The translations under genes and the position numbers were made by a program. Below are positions 26,819-39,475 of a DNA stretch of 64,000 nt, in pieces (the first letter of the stretch is position 1; every line of letters starts with the position of its first letter). The DNA lies in contig NC_043014.1 of NCBI RefSeq assembly GCF_006345805.1, positions 51,460,001 to 51,524,000 of the forward strand. Reading direction: 5' to 3'. Source of the stretch: Octopus sinensis. Lineage: Eukaryota. The notes under the pieces are model-generated. The model was not told where the DNA came from. It saw only the letters and a program-made list of their open reading frames with translations, and did not search any database.

Positions 26819-27946
26819 AACATACATAAATTTATCAATATCTGTCTATACATATTGGAGATAAATGTACGTATAATGTATACATACATATAAGAATATA
26901 TTCACGAACGTACATGTATATACACATGCACACACATACGCAGTTAGATGTGTATACATACATATGAATACTTCGAAAGAAACGCACACATGAGCGTTAG
27001 TGTACACACATGTTTATGTAACTCTGCATATCGATAAACATACTGATAGATATTAACTCATGCCAGAGACCTGAGGTCGATACCCAATTAAATGTCTTGC
27101 AGAAGCTCTTCCGGTTTTGCGTAAAGTGAGTTCAAACCGAGTTGCAGTAATTTTTCGTTTGCTTTCCTTTCTGGTTAATATATCTTGTCTGATAAGGCGC
27201 TTGATTGACGAAATTGCTCAAGAATCGGACGTGAATTCTGATGGTGTCAGTTCTTTTTCTATGCTCTTGAAGTGCAGAGACCAAACTGGGTAATCCCGCT
27301 TGGGAAATCTTGTAGGAGGTGTTTAGATATTTTTGGTGCTATTCTCCATGGCAGCACAGCAGCGGGCTACAGAAAGGGACGGTCTTCCGAGGAATTTAAC
27401 CGATAACAGAAACTAAATTTTTGACGGACATACTACGAAAAATTATATTCTGAAACCGAATTCACGGAGTCTTTTCGAAATTGGAAACTCTAGAGCATTT
27501 TCGGAAGTCAGAATTTTTATTTGTTGCTTGTTGTTGCACAGTCAATTTGATTGCACACCTCTATGATGTAATTTGTTTCTGCCAGGTACAAAACCGATAT
27601 TAATTATAACTTAAAGCGCGATGAAAGAAATTTGGTCATTTGCAGCTCCTAGCGAGGTTCAATGGCGAATGCCACGTTCAGCTGTTTTGTTTTTGTTAAT
27701 CAGGTTGCTGTTGTTTTTGGTATTGCATTCAGGCAATGTGGTCTTTGATAGATCAGGTTATATAGCCGTGCCTTATCAAGTTAGATTTTCCGAATTTAAA
27801 AGCATGGCATGTCAACTGGGGAAAATTTAGCCATTACGATAAATCCTACAGCCAAAGTGTAGAGTAGAAGTGTTCGAGATCCCTCTATATTTAATACCCC
27901 AACACGGACTCACACACGCATACCCACACACGCGCGCGCGTGGATA

Positions 27947-28335
27947 GGGTGCAGGTGTAGCTGTGTGGTAATAAGTTTAGTTCCGAACAATATAGTTCCG
28001 TATTCAGTGCCAATGCGCCCCACCGTAGAGAAATTTCTTCTACTATAGCCCCGGACTGACCAAGGCCTTGTAGGTGGATTTGATACATAGAAACTGGAAG
28101 AAAGCCGTCACGTACATATATGTATGTGTGTGTGTGCGTGTTTGGTTTGCACATCCATTGACAAAAAGTGTTGGCTTATATTAATCCAAGTAACTTAGCA
28201 TCACACCAATAAGCGATCGATAGAGTAAGTACCAGGCTTACAAAAATACAAATACTGAGATCGATTCGTTCGATTGAAACCTTTGAAGGCGGTGCCCCAG
28301 CTTGGCTACAGTCCAGTAACAGAAACAAAGTAAAG
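27947..28335 (+). mobile_element. SINE family S1, older diverged copy
   Basis: Collinear with 17564-17980 (ctatagccccgga...gaaactggaagaaagccgtc...ggcggtgccccagc). Confidence 0.7.
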
Positions 28336-28814
28336 ACACAAACGCATGTACAGGACCTGTTTTCATGTAAAAGACTTTCTCTCAGATGACATTAACCAGC
28401 CGCTGACTCTATGACAAGAGACACATGCCAAAGCCTGACATTCTGAGAATGAGAGAGCAAAACCATAATCACGTGGATGGAAACAAATCTCTTAAAGTTG
28501 ATGCCATATCTTCACTTCTTGTATTTTGCCATAATCTACAAGAGTTCAAAGTCGTTAAATAGCAATAACTGTTGTCATAAATATTACTTATCATGTCAAA
28601 CACTGCGTAATTTGTAATAAAAGAAACAACAACACGTATTTTGACTATTAATGATCAACAAACAGTATTAATAAAGACTACGGGTTACTGCATGGCACGT
28701 TCATTGCAAATAACAACCACCAATATTCGATGATGTAGGGCCCAAGAAGAACGGTCGGCCGATCGAGTTATCAATTCAAATTAACCGTTTATAAATTCAA
28801 TAACGTTATGTTGT

Positions 28815-28857
<43 letters not shown>

Positions 28858-29074
28858 TATATGAGTTCGTTATTTCCTATATATACATCGACATTTGTAT
28901 TAATGAGTAGCTTTAAGGAAAAATAGAAATCTTGTCAATAAAAAGGTTAAACGCTGTGAAAGTAGTTGTGTCTTCGAGTTAAAAATGTATCTCTCACACA
29001 CGATTTTATATATATATATATATATATTACACACAGAGACACATATGTATATATAGAATGTGTATTTATCTATC

Positions 29075-29105
<31 letters not shown>

Positions 29106-29153
29106 ATATTACACACAGAGACACATATGTATATATAGAATGTGTATTTATCT

Positions 29154-29201
<48 letters not shown>

Positions 29202-32200
29202 CTAAACATACATGTGTGCTTCTGTGTGTAAAAGGAAAAGTACTAGTATTTAGCGGGCATATGTATTGTATGGATGCGAGATTCTACGCTAATTGAGTTC
29301 TGATTCGTTCATATTTCAGGCAATATGTCATATATCAAATGAAATAGCTTGTACTTCACCTTGCAACCAGATGTTAAACTCTTTACTATCATGTCTACCC
29401 CAAGACGAAACCTATTGAAAAAGAAATAGTTATTCTTTCTCTATGACTTCAACCATTCTCCTTCTTTATATTTCCATCAGTCTTCATATATTTCAACCAC
29501 TTTATCTCTGTCTGTTTCTGTCTCACTTTATCTCTCTCTTTCTCGTTTATTGTCTTTCCATATCACCCTCTTTGTTTCTCTCTTCAATCTCACTCTCTCT
29601 CCCTTCCTCTTTACACAGACACATAAAATGCAAATACGTAAAACACGTTACGTAGATATATGCATATCCGCGAACATATACACACACATGCTTCTACACG
29701 TATCTAATTGTGTGTATGTATGTATACATAGATACATACACACACACAAACACTCACACATACATATATATATATGTAGATAGAGAGATAGATAGATAGA
29801 TATATACATACATGTTAAATAAAATAAGAGAACAAAGCCAAGGCAGAGTTAAATTTGTAAGACATTTATAAAGAAAAAGGTACTCTTAGAATTGTTTCAG
29901 GGATATGAGGGTTTTCGCTACATCAGAGGCAATATCAGTAAGTTAAATAGAGGGAAATAATAGAGTTCAATATAAGAAGTTGGAATAGAGTTCAATATAA
30001 GAAGTTGGGTTGGTTCTGTGATATTTACTTTTTGGTCAGAATTAGGATCAATTGCCCAACTTGCTGCTATCTCTCGTCCTGAATCTGCGCTGTCTCTCTC
30101 TCTCTATTATATAGCATTACGATAGATTACAACATGCACACATATATAGAGCAAAAGGGATAGACATACTTCAGGGGAGGCCTTTACCGAGACGATAACT
30201 CCTTTATCATTGTAATTGACAACACTTGCATACTCGCTCACACACTCACTTGCTCGCTCGATCACTCACTCACGCACACTTCTTTATACGCACACCCCCC
30301 ATATATACGCAGAGCAGTCAGATAAATTCGTTCGCAATTTCATTATTTTGGGGTACTAGTCCCACAATCTTCATATTTTAATTTAAAAAAGATTACCGAA
30401 CGTTGTAGAGGAAGAATGTAGCTACAAAAAAACACAAAACGCTTCAATAATAATATAATTCATGTCAATTCAAATTATATTTCGAAAGATTAAAATATTT
30501 AGACAAACAAGACTGGATGACTTCTGTATACTGGCTGCGGGTCTGTATACAAAATAGATTATTATCGACATCAGGATAAATACTGCTTTTTTTTCTCGTA
30601 CTTACATTTGCATGGCTTTTCTATGGCTTGAGCATATATGAATTGCAATGGTATTCGCCTTTATTATTTCACTTATTCAGTGAAAATTATATATTTAATT
30701 TAGTCACAGGACCCGAAGGGTTACAAGAGGCGGAGTCCCATTTAATACGTCCAAAAAAGTAGCCTAATTGAATTACAGCGGTGGCGAGGGTATTTTAACT
30801 TGCGTTATGCTGAGAACACGAGACGATTACGTTGCATCATCGGAAACAGTTTAAATTTCTTTATGTTACTGCCAAAATTTTGCAAGATCATAAATTTCAT
30901 TTAGCTTCCCTCACATTGAAGGTTATTAGTGTTAAATGGAAAATAAAGAAATGGTTTAAAATAACCAAATAGAATATATAAAAGACGCAAAGCGTAGCTA
31001 TATTGTAAGTGAATAATTAGAAAACATTATGCTAGGTAGTTACCTAATGTTTTGACTTGTGGGTTAGTAAATAAAATTAACATATACGTTATAAATGTTT
31101 TATGCCGATATCTCTTGTATGAAACCAAAATACAGTCATAAAATTGAATAAAATACTACAAATAGTTGAAGAAAATTATAATAAAAATAAATAGATGACA
31201 TTTATAAAAATACATCTTTTTTTTTTATAATGGACGTGTTATTGATTTACAGAGGAGTTAAAATGGCAATTTTTAATCTGAATTTAAAATGGTAATTTGT
31301 TTAGATTAGAATTTTTGATTAATAAAATTAAAAATATGTCTGAACTTTATCGTATTCAAGTAAATTTGCTACCAAGTGGAGGAATCTAATAAATCGCTAA
31401 GTACTTCTACCAAAACACAAAAACAAAAATTGAAAAGAAATAAAAAAAAAACATACTAAAATAACTATAACGCAAAGAAGACGAAGAATAAAGAAAGAAA
31501 AAATATCGCTTCAGACATATTTATTAAAGAAAATATATCAAAGTACTTTAATAACATGGCGGTTTTCTTCTCAATAAATTGACCATCTTTGTTTGTGTTC
31601 ATAACATGAAAACTTTCTTAAAAATACTTGCACGTTTTTTCATTTCACATATAAAATCGATCGAAACGTGTATCTGACTAAGCAAACGGCTCTTGTATTT
31701 TCTTCGCTGCTTTCTTTTCAATTTTTCGCTCTTTTGCTATTATTAGGATTATATTTTATGATCGAAATTTATGATTATGATGCGGAACTAGCTTCCACAT
31801 CTCGGTTTAATAAACTGCAGTAGATTAATAATGAAAATGGCTGGTTCAAAGTTAGTGAGTCATATCTCAGAAAAAGCGAGGCAAGTTTCTATGTTGTTTC
31901 AGACTAAATAACTAGAAAAATGTTTTAGAATAACAGGAGAATATAAAACAGTCATGATTTAAATTATATTTAAAACGGAATTTATGTGAGTGAAGATGGA
32001 AATGCCGTAATCTACTGCGAAAGCAGTAATTATTATTAGAGTGAAAAGGATTTAAGTTAGGGGAGATAAAATAAATTGATTTTGTGTACGGAATATAAAT
32101 GATGAGGTATCGTATCCATTCCAGTGGCTATACGCTTACAATAATCCTAAAACGGGAAGGCGTTGTAGTTGCTGGTGGCGTTTTACAAAAAGTAATCCTC

Positions 32201-32228
32201 CTTGAATGACAAGATCTTTTATAAAACA

Positions 32229-32616
32229 CTAGCAGTATCGCCCGGCGTTGCTCGGGTTTGTAAGGGAAATAACTATATAAGCATTTTTAGAGATGTAAAG
32301 TATAATAGCCATCTCAATATGGCTAACCACAAAGACGGGGTGTTACTGTAGCTTTTTACGTTATGAGGTTTAATAATAAATTTTTAGAGAGTTACTTCCC
32401 TTATATATGCCAAAAATGCATTAAAAATGGGAAAAATTGATGGTAATTTTTTTAAAATCGTAGACTCATCGTAGACGCGCGCTAATACCCAGAAGGGCTC
32501 AATAGGAATCACAACTATATACCCGGTTTTGGTTAAACTGCACCGCAAAATGTGGGAGTAGTTAGGAATCTAAATCGTAGGAGACAGACACACAACTTCT
32601 CTTTTATATATAAAGA
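32229..32616 (-). mobile_element. Non-autonomous Helitron (5' type Y)
   Basis: Minus-strand A|TC...CTAG|T termini with a cccg-N8-cggg hairpin 8 nt before CTAG. The 5' half is shared with 35748-36122. Confidence 0.85.
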
Positions 32617-33137
32617 TAACAGAGTGTGGTTTGAGGTGTCGTTCTGTGTAGAGTTCGGTAGTGCGTACGAGATACATTTTTGGTGTGTTCTCCTTCGAAT
32701 GAATGACCCGCAGAAAGACACAACTAGCCCTTGCTCCGTCCCCAACCACATACACCACGTAATATATATTTCCTGACGTCATCATTGCCATCGACTCCGA
32801 TAGCAATATTTGTTATATTAGATGTATAGAGAGTGATTCAGAGATATTCAATGTAGAAGGCACTCATTCAACTGATTTGAACTATCACTCCTATTGACAA
32901 CCAAGTCCGCGGGTAAAGAGTGGCTATATACATGGGTGAGCTGATATGAAAATTGTTATGCAGATAAACAGGATTGGTCTTCATATATAAATACACACAC
33001 ACACACACACACACAAAGAAAAGCGGAAAATATTTAGATGAAAACTCAAGTCAAACGTATAAATGTTTAAATATTTAAAATAAATTTACATGAAGTACAA
33101 AAGATACAGAAACCGTATTTGAAAATGTATGGCATTC

Positions 33138-33389
33138 TCAGTCCGGCAGCTCTTTCTGGGGCCTCGGAATTACGTAATAGTTGTAATCTTCATAATTGGA
33201 AGATGGACTGTGTAGCTCCCTAGCAACGCCGCAGGCTGATGACTGAAACCAGTAAAGGATAAAATCTATGCAATTTGTAGATGAATACATATAAATATTA
33301 CCGCAATATCGGCTTCCTTCTTCAGGAGGTAACATCGCCGACTGAGAAAAGATCCGATCTAAGTCGAACGTAGAACTTGCACGTCGTAC
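33138..33389 (-). CDS. Candidate coding exon of unknown product (VRRASSTFDLDRIFSQSAMLPPEEGSRYC...KELPD*)
   Basis: Acceptor-like gtttttccaccag, a frame open for 83 codons in phase 0, and a locally GC/CpG-rich stretch. No recognised homology. Confidence 0.22.
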   Translation of the reverse strand, partial: VRRASSTFDLDRIFSQSAMLPPEEGSRYCGNIYMYSSTNCIDFILYWFQSSACGVARELHSPSSNYEDYNYYVIPRPQKELPD

Positions 33390-33431
33390 CTGGTGGAAAA
33401 ACTGTCTAAATTATATATATTCATTTCATTT

Positions 33432-33612
33432 CTGCTCTAGGCACAAGGCCTGAAGTATTGGGGGAGAGGACCAGTCGACTACATCGACCCCAGTACGCAT
33501 TTGGTACTTAATTTATCGACCCCGAAGGATAAAATGCAAAAGCGACTTCGGCGGAATATGAACTCAGATCGTAAAGACAGACGAAATACCGATTCTGCCT
33601 GCTCGCCGCCTA
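33432..33612 (-). mobile_element. SINE family S2, tail type 2
   Basis: catcgaccccagtacgc...ggtacttaatttatcgaccccgaagg...gctcgccgcc. Confidence 0.75.
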
Positions 33613-35641
33613 CTAAATTATAGATATTAACATACGATAGGTATAGTCGACACAACGTCCACTTAATATTTTCAGTCATTCATAAAATATGGTCGCATAT
33701 TCTCAAGGAGAAATATATAACGACATGTACAATAATGTCTTTACTTTACTTGATTTATGATGTCAAATAACATTGGAACATATCCATATATGTCTGAAGT
33801 ATATTAAACGACACTACTCATTAACTATTTTCCCTCTCTTCTGAATTATCTCCAGTGTGTATTTAATTATTCCTTACAGTAAATCTGTTAAAACTACATT
33901 TCCTATCTGCAGAAGAGATAGAAAATGAACACAGATACTAGAAAATTGAATACAAGTGGAGACAATACGAAAGTAGACAACAGTACGCCATTCACTCCTA
34001 AGAAATACACATATATATATGAATCCATAAATATATGTATAACACATTTTCTTTTCTAATAATACTAGGAATAGGAGTTTAATTACAGCTGCTAAGGCAT
34101 TGATTAGTGTTCTTATTTGCCATATTTTTATTATTACCGTATAATTACTTATAGTTAACGTTCTATTGTTTGTTGCATTAAATATGTTAACACAGGCTTA
34201 TTATCCGTACAGAATATTTCAGTACATAGAGAAGAGAGACAATAGAAATTATCAAAAAAGCAGAAATACTTTAAAATTAATAGCTGTTGACACGAAATTA
34301 TGTTAGGTAATACGAGGTTCTTTATCTTAACAAAAAAATATTTAAATCGATATTCTATGCATACGTGTTTCCGACTATATGTATGTATTTTAGCGCTGTA
34401 TATGTATATATACATGTGTATGTATGAGTGTATATATGTGTACACACACATATATATATGTATGTATCAGTGTATATGTGTACAAACATATGTGTATGTA
34501 TGAGTGTATATCTCTACACAGACATGTATATACACAAAAATATACAAACGCACATACATACATGTATATATATATAATTTATAGACATACATATATATTA
34601 TACATACATATATATAATATACATGCATACGTACACACAGACACACATATATATACATACATATATATATATATATATATACGTGTGTATGAATGCATAT
34701 GTGTGAATAAATGACATTTGTATATGAATATGTATATGTTTGCATATATACATGTGTGAGTATGTATGTGTGTGTGTCTGTAAATATTCAGATGATTTCT
34801 ACTGTGTTAAAATAACAAGGAAAAGCCAAAGAAGTTCCGTTAAATCTATCAAACTATACAACTGGAATAATACAGTTAACGAAGACTATATTCAAGTCTA
34901 CACAATGGGGAAATAAATATAAATAAATTAGTACAAAACCAAAACCATTCTGCGTCAAACAATAGCATTTTCACATCGAATCAGAATCCATCGAAGATAA
35001 CAAGAAGTTAGTAACCCCAGCGTATCAGCCTTGCCTGTCCGTTAATTAAATTTATCTTAGCAACAGCATTTGCTAAGTTGATGTAATATTAATTCTTGTT
35101 GTTTCCATAAAGATATTTCTATTTCGATAACCTTTAGCTGAGCAAAGCCGAGAATTGATTGCAAATGCATTTAAGTTAATTGAATACCATAATGGGTTTA
35201 ATTATTCTAATTAGTAAATCGTTCGATTGGGAAACAAAATTAGTTACCTCACCCTCTCTTCGACAATATTTGTAGGTAAAATTTCTAATTTTTTTGTTTT
35301 TTTGTTTTTTCATTTGAATCTAAGAGATAGTGTTATGAACCCATTCTGCATTATTTAGTCTTTAGAAGATTTAACACGATTTAATAACGATGGTGGGGAA
35401 ATAGGAAGAATTAATAGTCTGTAAAATGACAAAATTATATAAATGGCTGCAAATGAAAATTTAGATTTAGAAAAATTTCTTTAGAGGGTTTTATATAACA
35501 TTGCTTAATATAATTGTTGTGTTGGGTATGGTAGAAATTGTATAATAGAGTTGGAGAATAACAGATTATGTCGCATTGGTTCTCAGTATTAAAAGGCCAA
35601 ATATTGCTGTGCTTGACATTTTGATGCTCCGGAATGTTATC

Positions 35642-35747
35642 TCTAAAATAACAAATATTAGTTATTAATAGATCCTATGTTTATCGGAATCTATTTCATG
35701 ACGTCACAGTTGCCATCATCTCCGATAGCAATATTTGTTATATTAGA
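35642..35747. mobile_element. 106-bp element with 19-bp terminal inverted repeats and central TGACGTCA
   Basis: tctaaaataacaaatatta ... caatatttgttatattaga (17/19 match), with inner IR tatcgga/tccgata. Its right ~55 bp recur at 32768-32822. Confidence 0.55.
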
Positions 35748-36122
35748 CTAGCAGTATCGCCCGGCGTTGCTCGGGTTTGTAAGGGAAATAACTATATAAG
35801 CATTTTTAGAGAGTTATAGCCAAAAATTAGCAAAAAAATGCATTAAAAATGGAAAAAAAAATGCTGGTAAATTTTTTTTAAATCGTTGACATTTTTAGAG
35901 AGTTACTTCCCTTATATAATAGCGAAAAAATGCATTAAAATGGTAATTTTTTTCTTTAAATCGTAGACTCATCGTAGACGCGCGCTAATATCCAGAAGGG
36001 CTCGATATGAATCACGACTATAGGATACCCGGTTTTGGTTAAACTGCACCGCAAAATGTGGGAGTAGTTAGGAATCTAAATCGTAGGAGACAGACACACA
36101 ACCTTACTTTTATATATAAAGA
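35748..36122 (-). mobile_element. Non-autonomous Helitron, mosaic (5' type Y plus a sub-3' module of type X)
   Basis: A|TC...CTAG|T termini; module comparison with the other three copies. Confidence 0.85.
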
Positions 36123-36557
36123 TGTTCTTTAGAACGAAGGGATGTGTTAAAATAATTCCCCGTCTTCCTGTCTGCATATACGTAGATATACATATATACG
36201 TAGGGTTCGATTCTTTGTAGTGACTGACTGGTCATTCTTTTCCATCTTGTAGGGGGTATTTTCCCGATCTTCTAAGCTGTTTACAAAGCATTTCTCTGTT
36301 CGAGATTTCCCTTTTCCTCCTCCCCATCTTTCCCTCCTCTCTCTCTCCCTCCCTTCCTCCATGTATGATTTTAGAACTGTACAGCATCATGCAAAACATG
36401 ACACAATACTATGCGAAAAGCATGATTACATTCGTAAACTGGAAGCATCATTGCGTGGGCATATATAAAATCCACAACTCACGATTCTAATGGAAATTCT
36501 TTGACTATACAGCTATTCTCTATCTCGGTCTCTCACTTTGAATATCTCTATCCTTCC

Positions 36558-36640
<83 letters not shown>

Positions 36641-36649
36641 ATATATATA

Positions 36650-36814
36650 CTTTATTTAAAGCAGCAGAAAATTCAACAAAACCTGTTACTCTGAGTTTCC
36701 CGTTGCCGTTCATTGGACAGCTTTTGCTAGAATTCTAGCAAAAACTGTCCGATGAACGGCAACGGGAACTCAGAGTAACAGGTTTTGTTGAATTTTCTGC
36801 TGTTTTAAATAAAG
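36650..36814. repeat. 165-bp spacerless palindrome centred on GAATTC
   Basis: Arms 36650-36732 and 36733-36814 differ by 3 substitutions and 1 indel. Confidence 0.95.
36744..36776 (+). ncRNA. Minimal hammerhead-like motif, family B (mirror copy on the minus strand of the left arm)
   Basis: ACUGU-CCGAUGA-ACG-GCAA-CGG-GAAC-UC-AGAGU. The left-arm copy has an intact GAAAC but CCAAUGA. Confidence 0.4.
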
Positions 36815-36883
36815 CATATTACTCTACCACTGATATTTGAGTACTCTTTTTTCCACCTTGTTTCACATATATGTCTTTACTCC

Positions 36884-36920
<37 letters not shown>

Positions 36921-36923
<3 letters not shown>

Positions 36924-37125
36924 ACCTCGGGTGTACCGTTGGCGATTTTTTTTCCTCTGTCTTCCCTTCTCTGGATCATTCCTTCTCCTATGTTTCGACG
37001 AAGAGCTCCGCTCGAAACGTTGAACCCTCCCTCTTTCCTTCTTCCCTGAGCGTCAATAATACTATATTTGTTCCACGTCCTCGCGTTGTTGTGTTTTTTT
37101 TGTGCTTTCTTGTTTCGATTAACTT

Positions 37126-37171
<46 letters not shown>

Positions 37172-37378
37172 GTGACCTCGGGTGTACCGTTGGCGATTTT
37201 TTTTCCTCTGTCTTCCCTTCTCTGGATCATTCCTTCTCCTATGTTTCCGACGAAGAGCTCCGCTCGAAACGTTGAACCCTCCCTCTTTCCTTCTTCCCTG
37301 AGCGTCCAATAATACTATATTTGTTCCACGTCCTCGCGTTGTTGTGTTTTTTTTGTGCTTTCTTGTTTCGATTAACTT

Positions 37379-37379
<1 letters not shown>
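36921..37379 (+). mobile_element. Tandem dimer of a ~207-bp PLE terminal-repeat-like unit (family C) separated by (TA)n
   Basis: Units 36921-37126 and 37172-37379 are identical except for two single-C deletions in unit 1. Confidence 0.85.
37243..37277 (+). ncRNA. Minimal type I hammerhead-like motif, family C (second copy at ~36992-37025)
   Basis: GUUU-CCGACGA-A-GAGC-UCC-GCUC-GAAAC-GUU-GAAC. Stem I is 4 bp, stem II is 4 bp, helix III is the palindromic ACGU, and U4 is changed to C. Confidence 0.55.
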
Positions 37380-37433
<54 letters not shown>

Positions 37434-37853
37434 AACCATAAACTCTCCTGTCGTTAGACGACGTATGCGGGTTCGGAAATTTCTTACTGAAGAACCACAC
37501 AGATGATCTGCTCTTACATGTAGCTCACTCCCTCCTCCACCAAATCGACATTATCTGTGCAGGTGCTCCATGTGATACATGTCAGATGACGAAATGGTCG
37601 CAGAGCAGAGTGGAATGAAATTCTTTGCTCAAGAACACAACGCAAACGCATGTCTGAGAATCGAACCCACGATTTCGCAAATGTGAGTGCAACACCCTAA
37701 CCACCAACCCATGTGTCTTCACACTCACGCACGTGTGAGTATATATTTATGTATGTATGTGAGAAAAGGAGCGAGTAAGGAATAGAGACTTTACATGAAA
37801 TTTGAACAATTAAATAATTTACCTACATTTATATATAGGAACAAAGAGAGTGC

Positions 37854-38382
37854 AGTCGCCATGATAGATCGGTAGCCACTACACACATTTTTTTCTCTCC
37901 TTGTTTTTTTTTTCTATGTCCCTTTCTGTAGAAGAGCGTAGGCTCGAAACCTAAAAGACTTTTTCTATTCCTGAGCGTTATACTAATACATCTCCGAGCG
38001 TTGTGAGTGTTTATTGAGCGAAGACACCTAAAACTCCACGAGGCTCTGGTAGGGGGTGGTGGTGATCCCTGTACTCTTTCACCACAACTTTCTCTCATTC
38101 TTATTTCCTGTTTCTGTTGTACCTGTAGTTCAAAGGGCCGGCCTTGTCACTCTCTGTGTCACGCTGAATATCCCCGAGAACTACGTTAAGGGTACACGTG
38201 TTTGTGGAGTGCTCAGCCACTTACACGTTAATTTCACGAGCAGGCTGTTCCGTTGATCGGATCAACCGGATCAACCGGAACCCTCATCGTCGTAACCGAC
38301 GGAGTGCTTCCACTCCACTAATACATCTGTTTCTTTTGTACACCACCTGTCTTCGTCTTTTGTTTTTTTTTTCGTGAACTCT

Positions 38383-38385
<3 letters not shown>
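37854..38385 (+). mobile_element. PLE terminal-repeat-like unit (family D) interrupted by a SINE
   Basis: Homologous to 42037-42221 and 47742-47928, with motif ctttctgtagaagagcgtaggctcgaaac at 37922-37950. Confidence 0.8.
37994..38316 (+). mobile_element. 5'-truncated SINE (S3 tail, different central domain) with perfect 12-bp TSD
   Basis: actaatacatct at 37982-37993 and 38317-38328. The uninterrupted site is visible in the 42037 and 47742 copies. Confidence 0.9.
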
Positions 38386-38450
<65 letters not shown>

Positions 38451-39054
38451 GAGAGAGAGAGAGAAGGAAAGAGAGAGAGGGGAAGCATATGATAATGCCC
38501 TAATCATCAGAAATTTAATCTATAGTTTTACTCTCTTAGTATACTCTTACAAATGAGCTGATAAATTATTCTTATTCTGAATCCCGTTTCCAATTAACCT
38601 AAATTTCACACAGCTACACACACACACACACACACACACACATACGGTTATGTGTGTGTTGCTGTGTGGTCCATAAATTCATATCAGTTCCTATGCAATT
38701 TTTTCCTCAATGCAGCTCCTCTGTTAAATTAAATCACTTTTATGTGGTCACTTAACAATAATCGCCAGGCCAGCTACAAAAAAATTGCATTTAGAAAGCC
38801 CTCGTATTGAAAGATTGAAAGATCAACGTCTGAAGACGGACATAAAATTACTCCAAATAAACAGCAAAATTTACTGCGGAATTAACTTTGATCGTGTGCT
38901 TGTGCTTGGTCGCAGACGACATGGAAGTTCAGACACCATAAACAGTGACGAGGAAAAATAAAAAAGCCACACGAACAAATCTGTAAAGTCAGTTTTGGCA
39001 TAATTCTAGTGGAAGCTTTGTCTTCGAGATTAATAAATATTCACCCCTCTTCTT

Positions 39055-39079
39055 CCTGCTGCTGCTGCTGCTGCTGCTG

Positions 39080-39110
<31 letters not shown>

Positions 39111-39475
39111 CACTACTGTTGCTACTACTACTACTACTACTGTTGCTACTACAACTACTACCACCACTACTGCTACTGTTGCTACTAATACTAATACTGC
39201 TACTACTATTACTACTACTACTACTACTAATACTGCTACTACTACTACCACTACTGTTGCTACTGCTACTACCACTACTACTACTACTGCTGCTGCTGCT
39301 GCTACTACTACTATTTCTACTAATACTACTAATACTACTACTGTTGCTACTACTACTACTACTACCACTACTGCTACTGTTGCTAATACTACTAATACTA
39401 ATACTGCTACTACTACTACTACTATTGCTAATACTGTTACTACTAATACTACTACTGTTGTTACTACTACTACAT
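39055..39475. repeat. Compound trinucleotide repeat (CTG/CTA/CCA/CTAATA)
   Basis: Direct reading; the source of the poly-S, poly-V and poly-L ORFs. Confidence 0.95.

Noticed and set aside
29885-29935. CUGAUGU...CCCU-GAAAC-AAUUC on the minus strand in a PLE-like context
   Set aside because: A9 is missing, helix III cannot form, and stem I would consume core bases. It is at most a very decayed relic.
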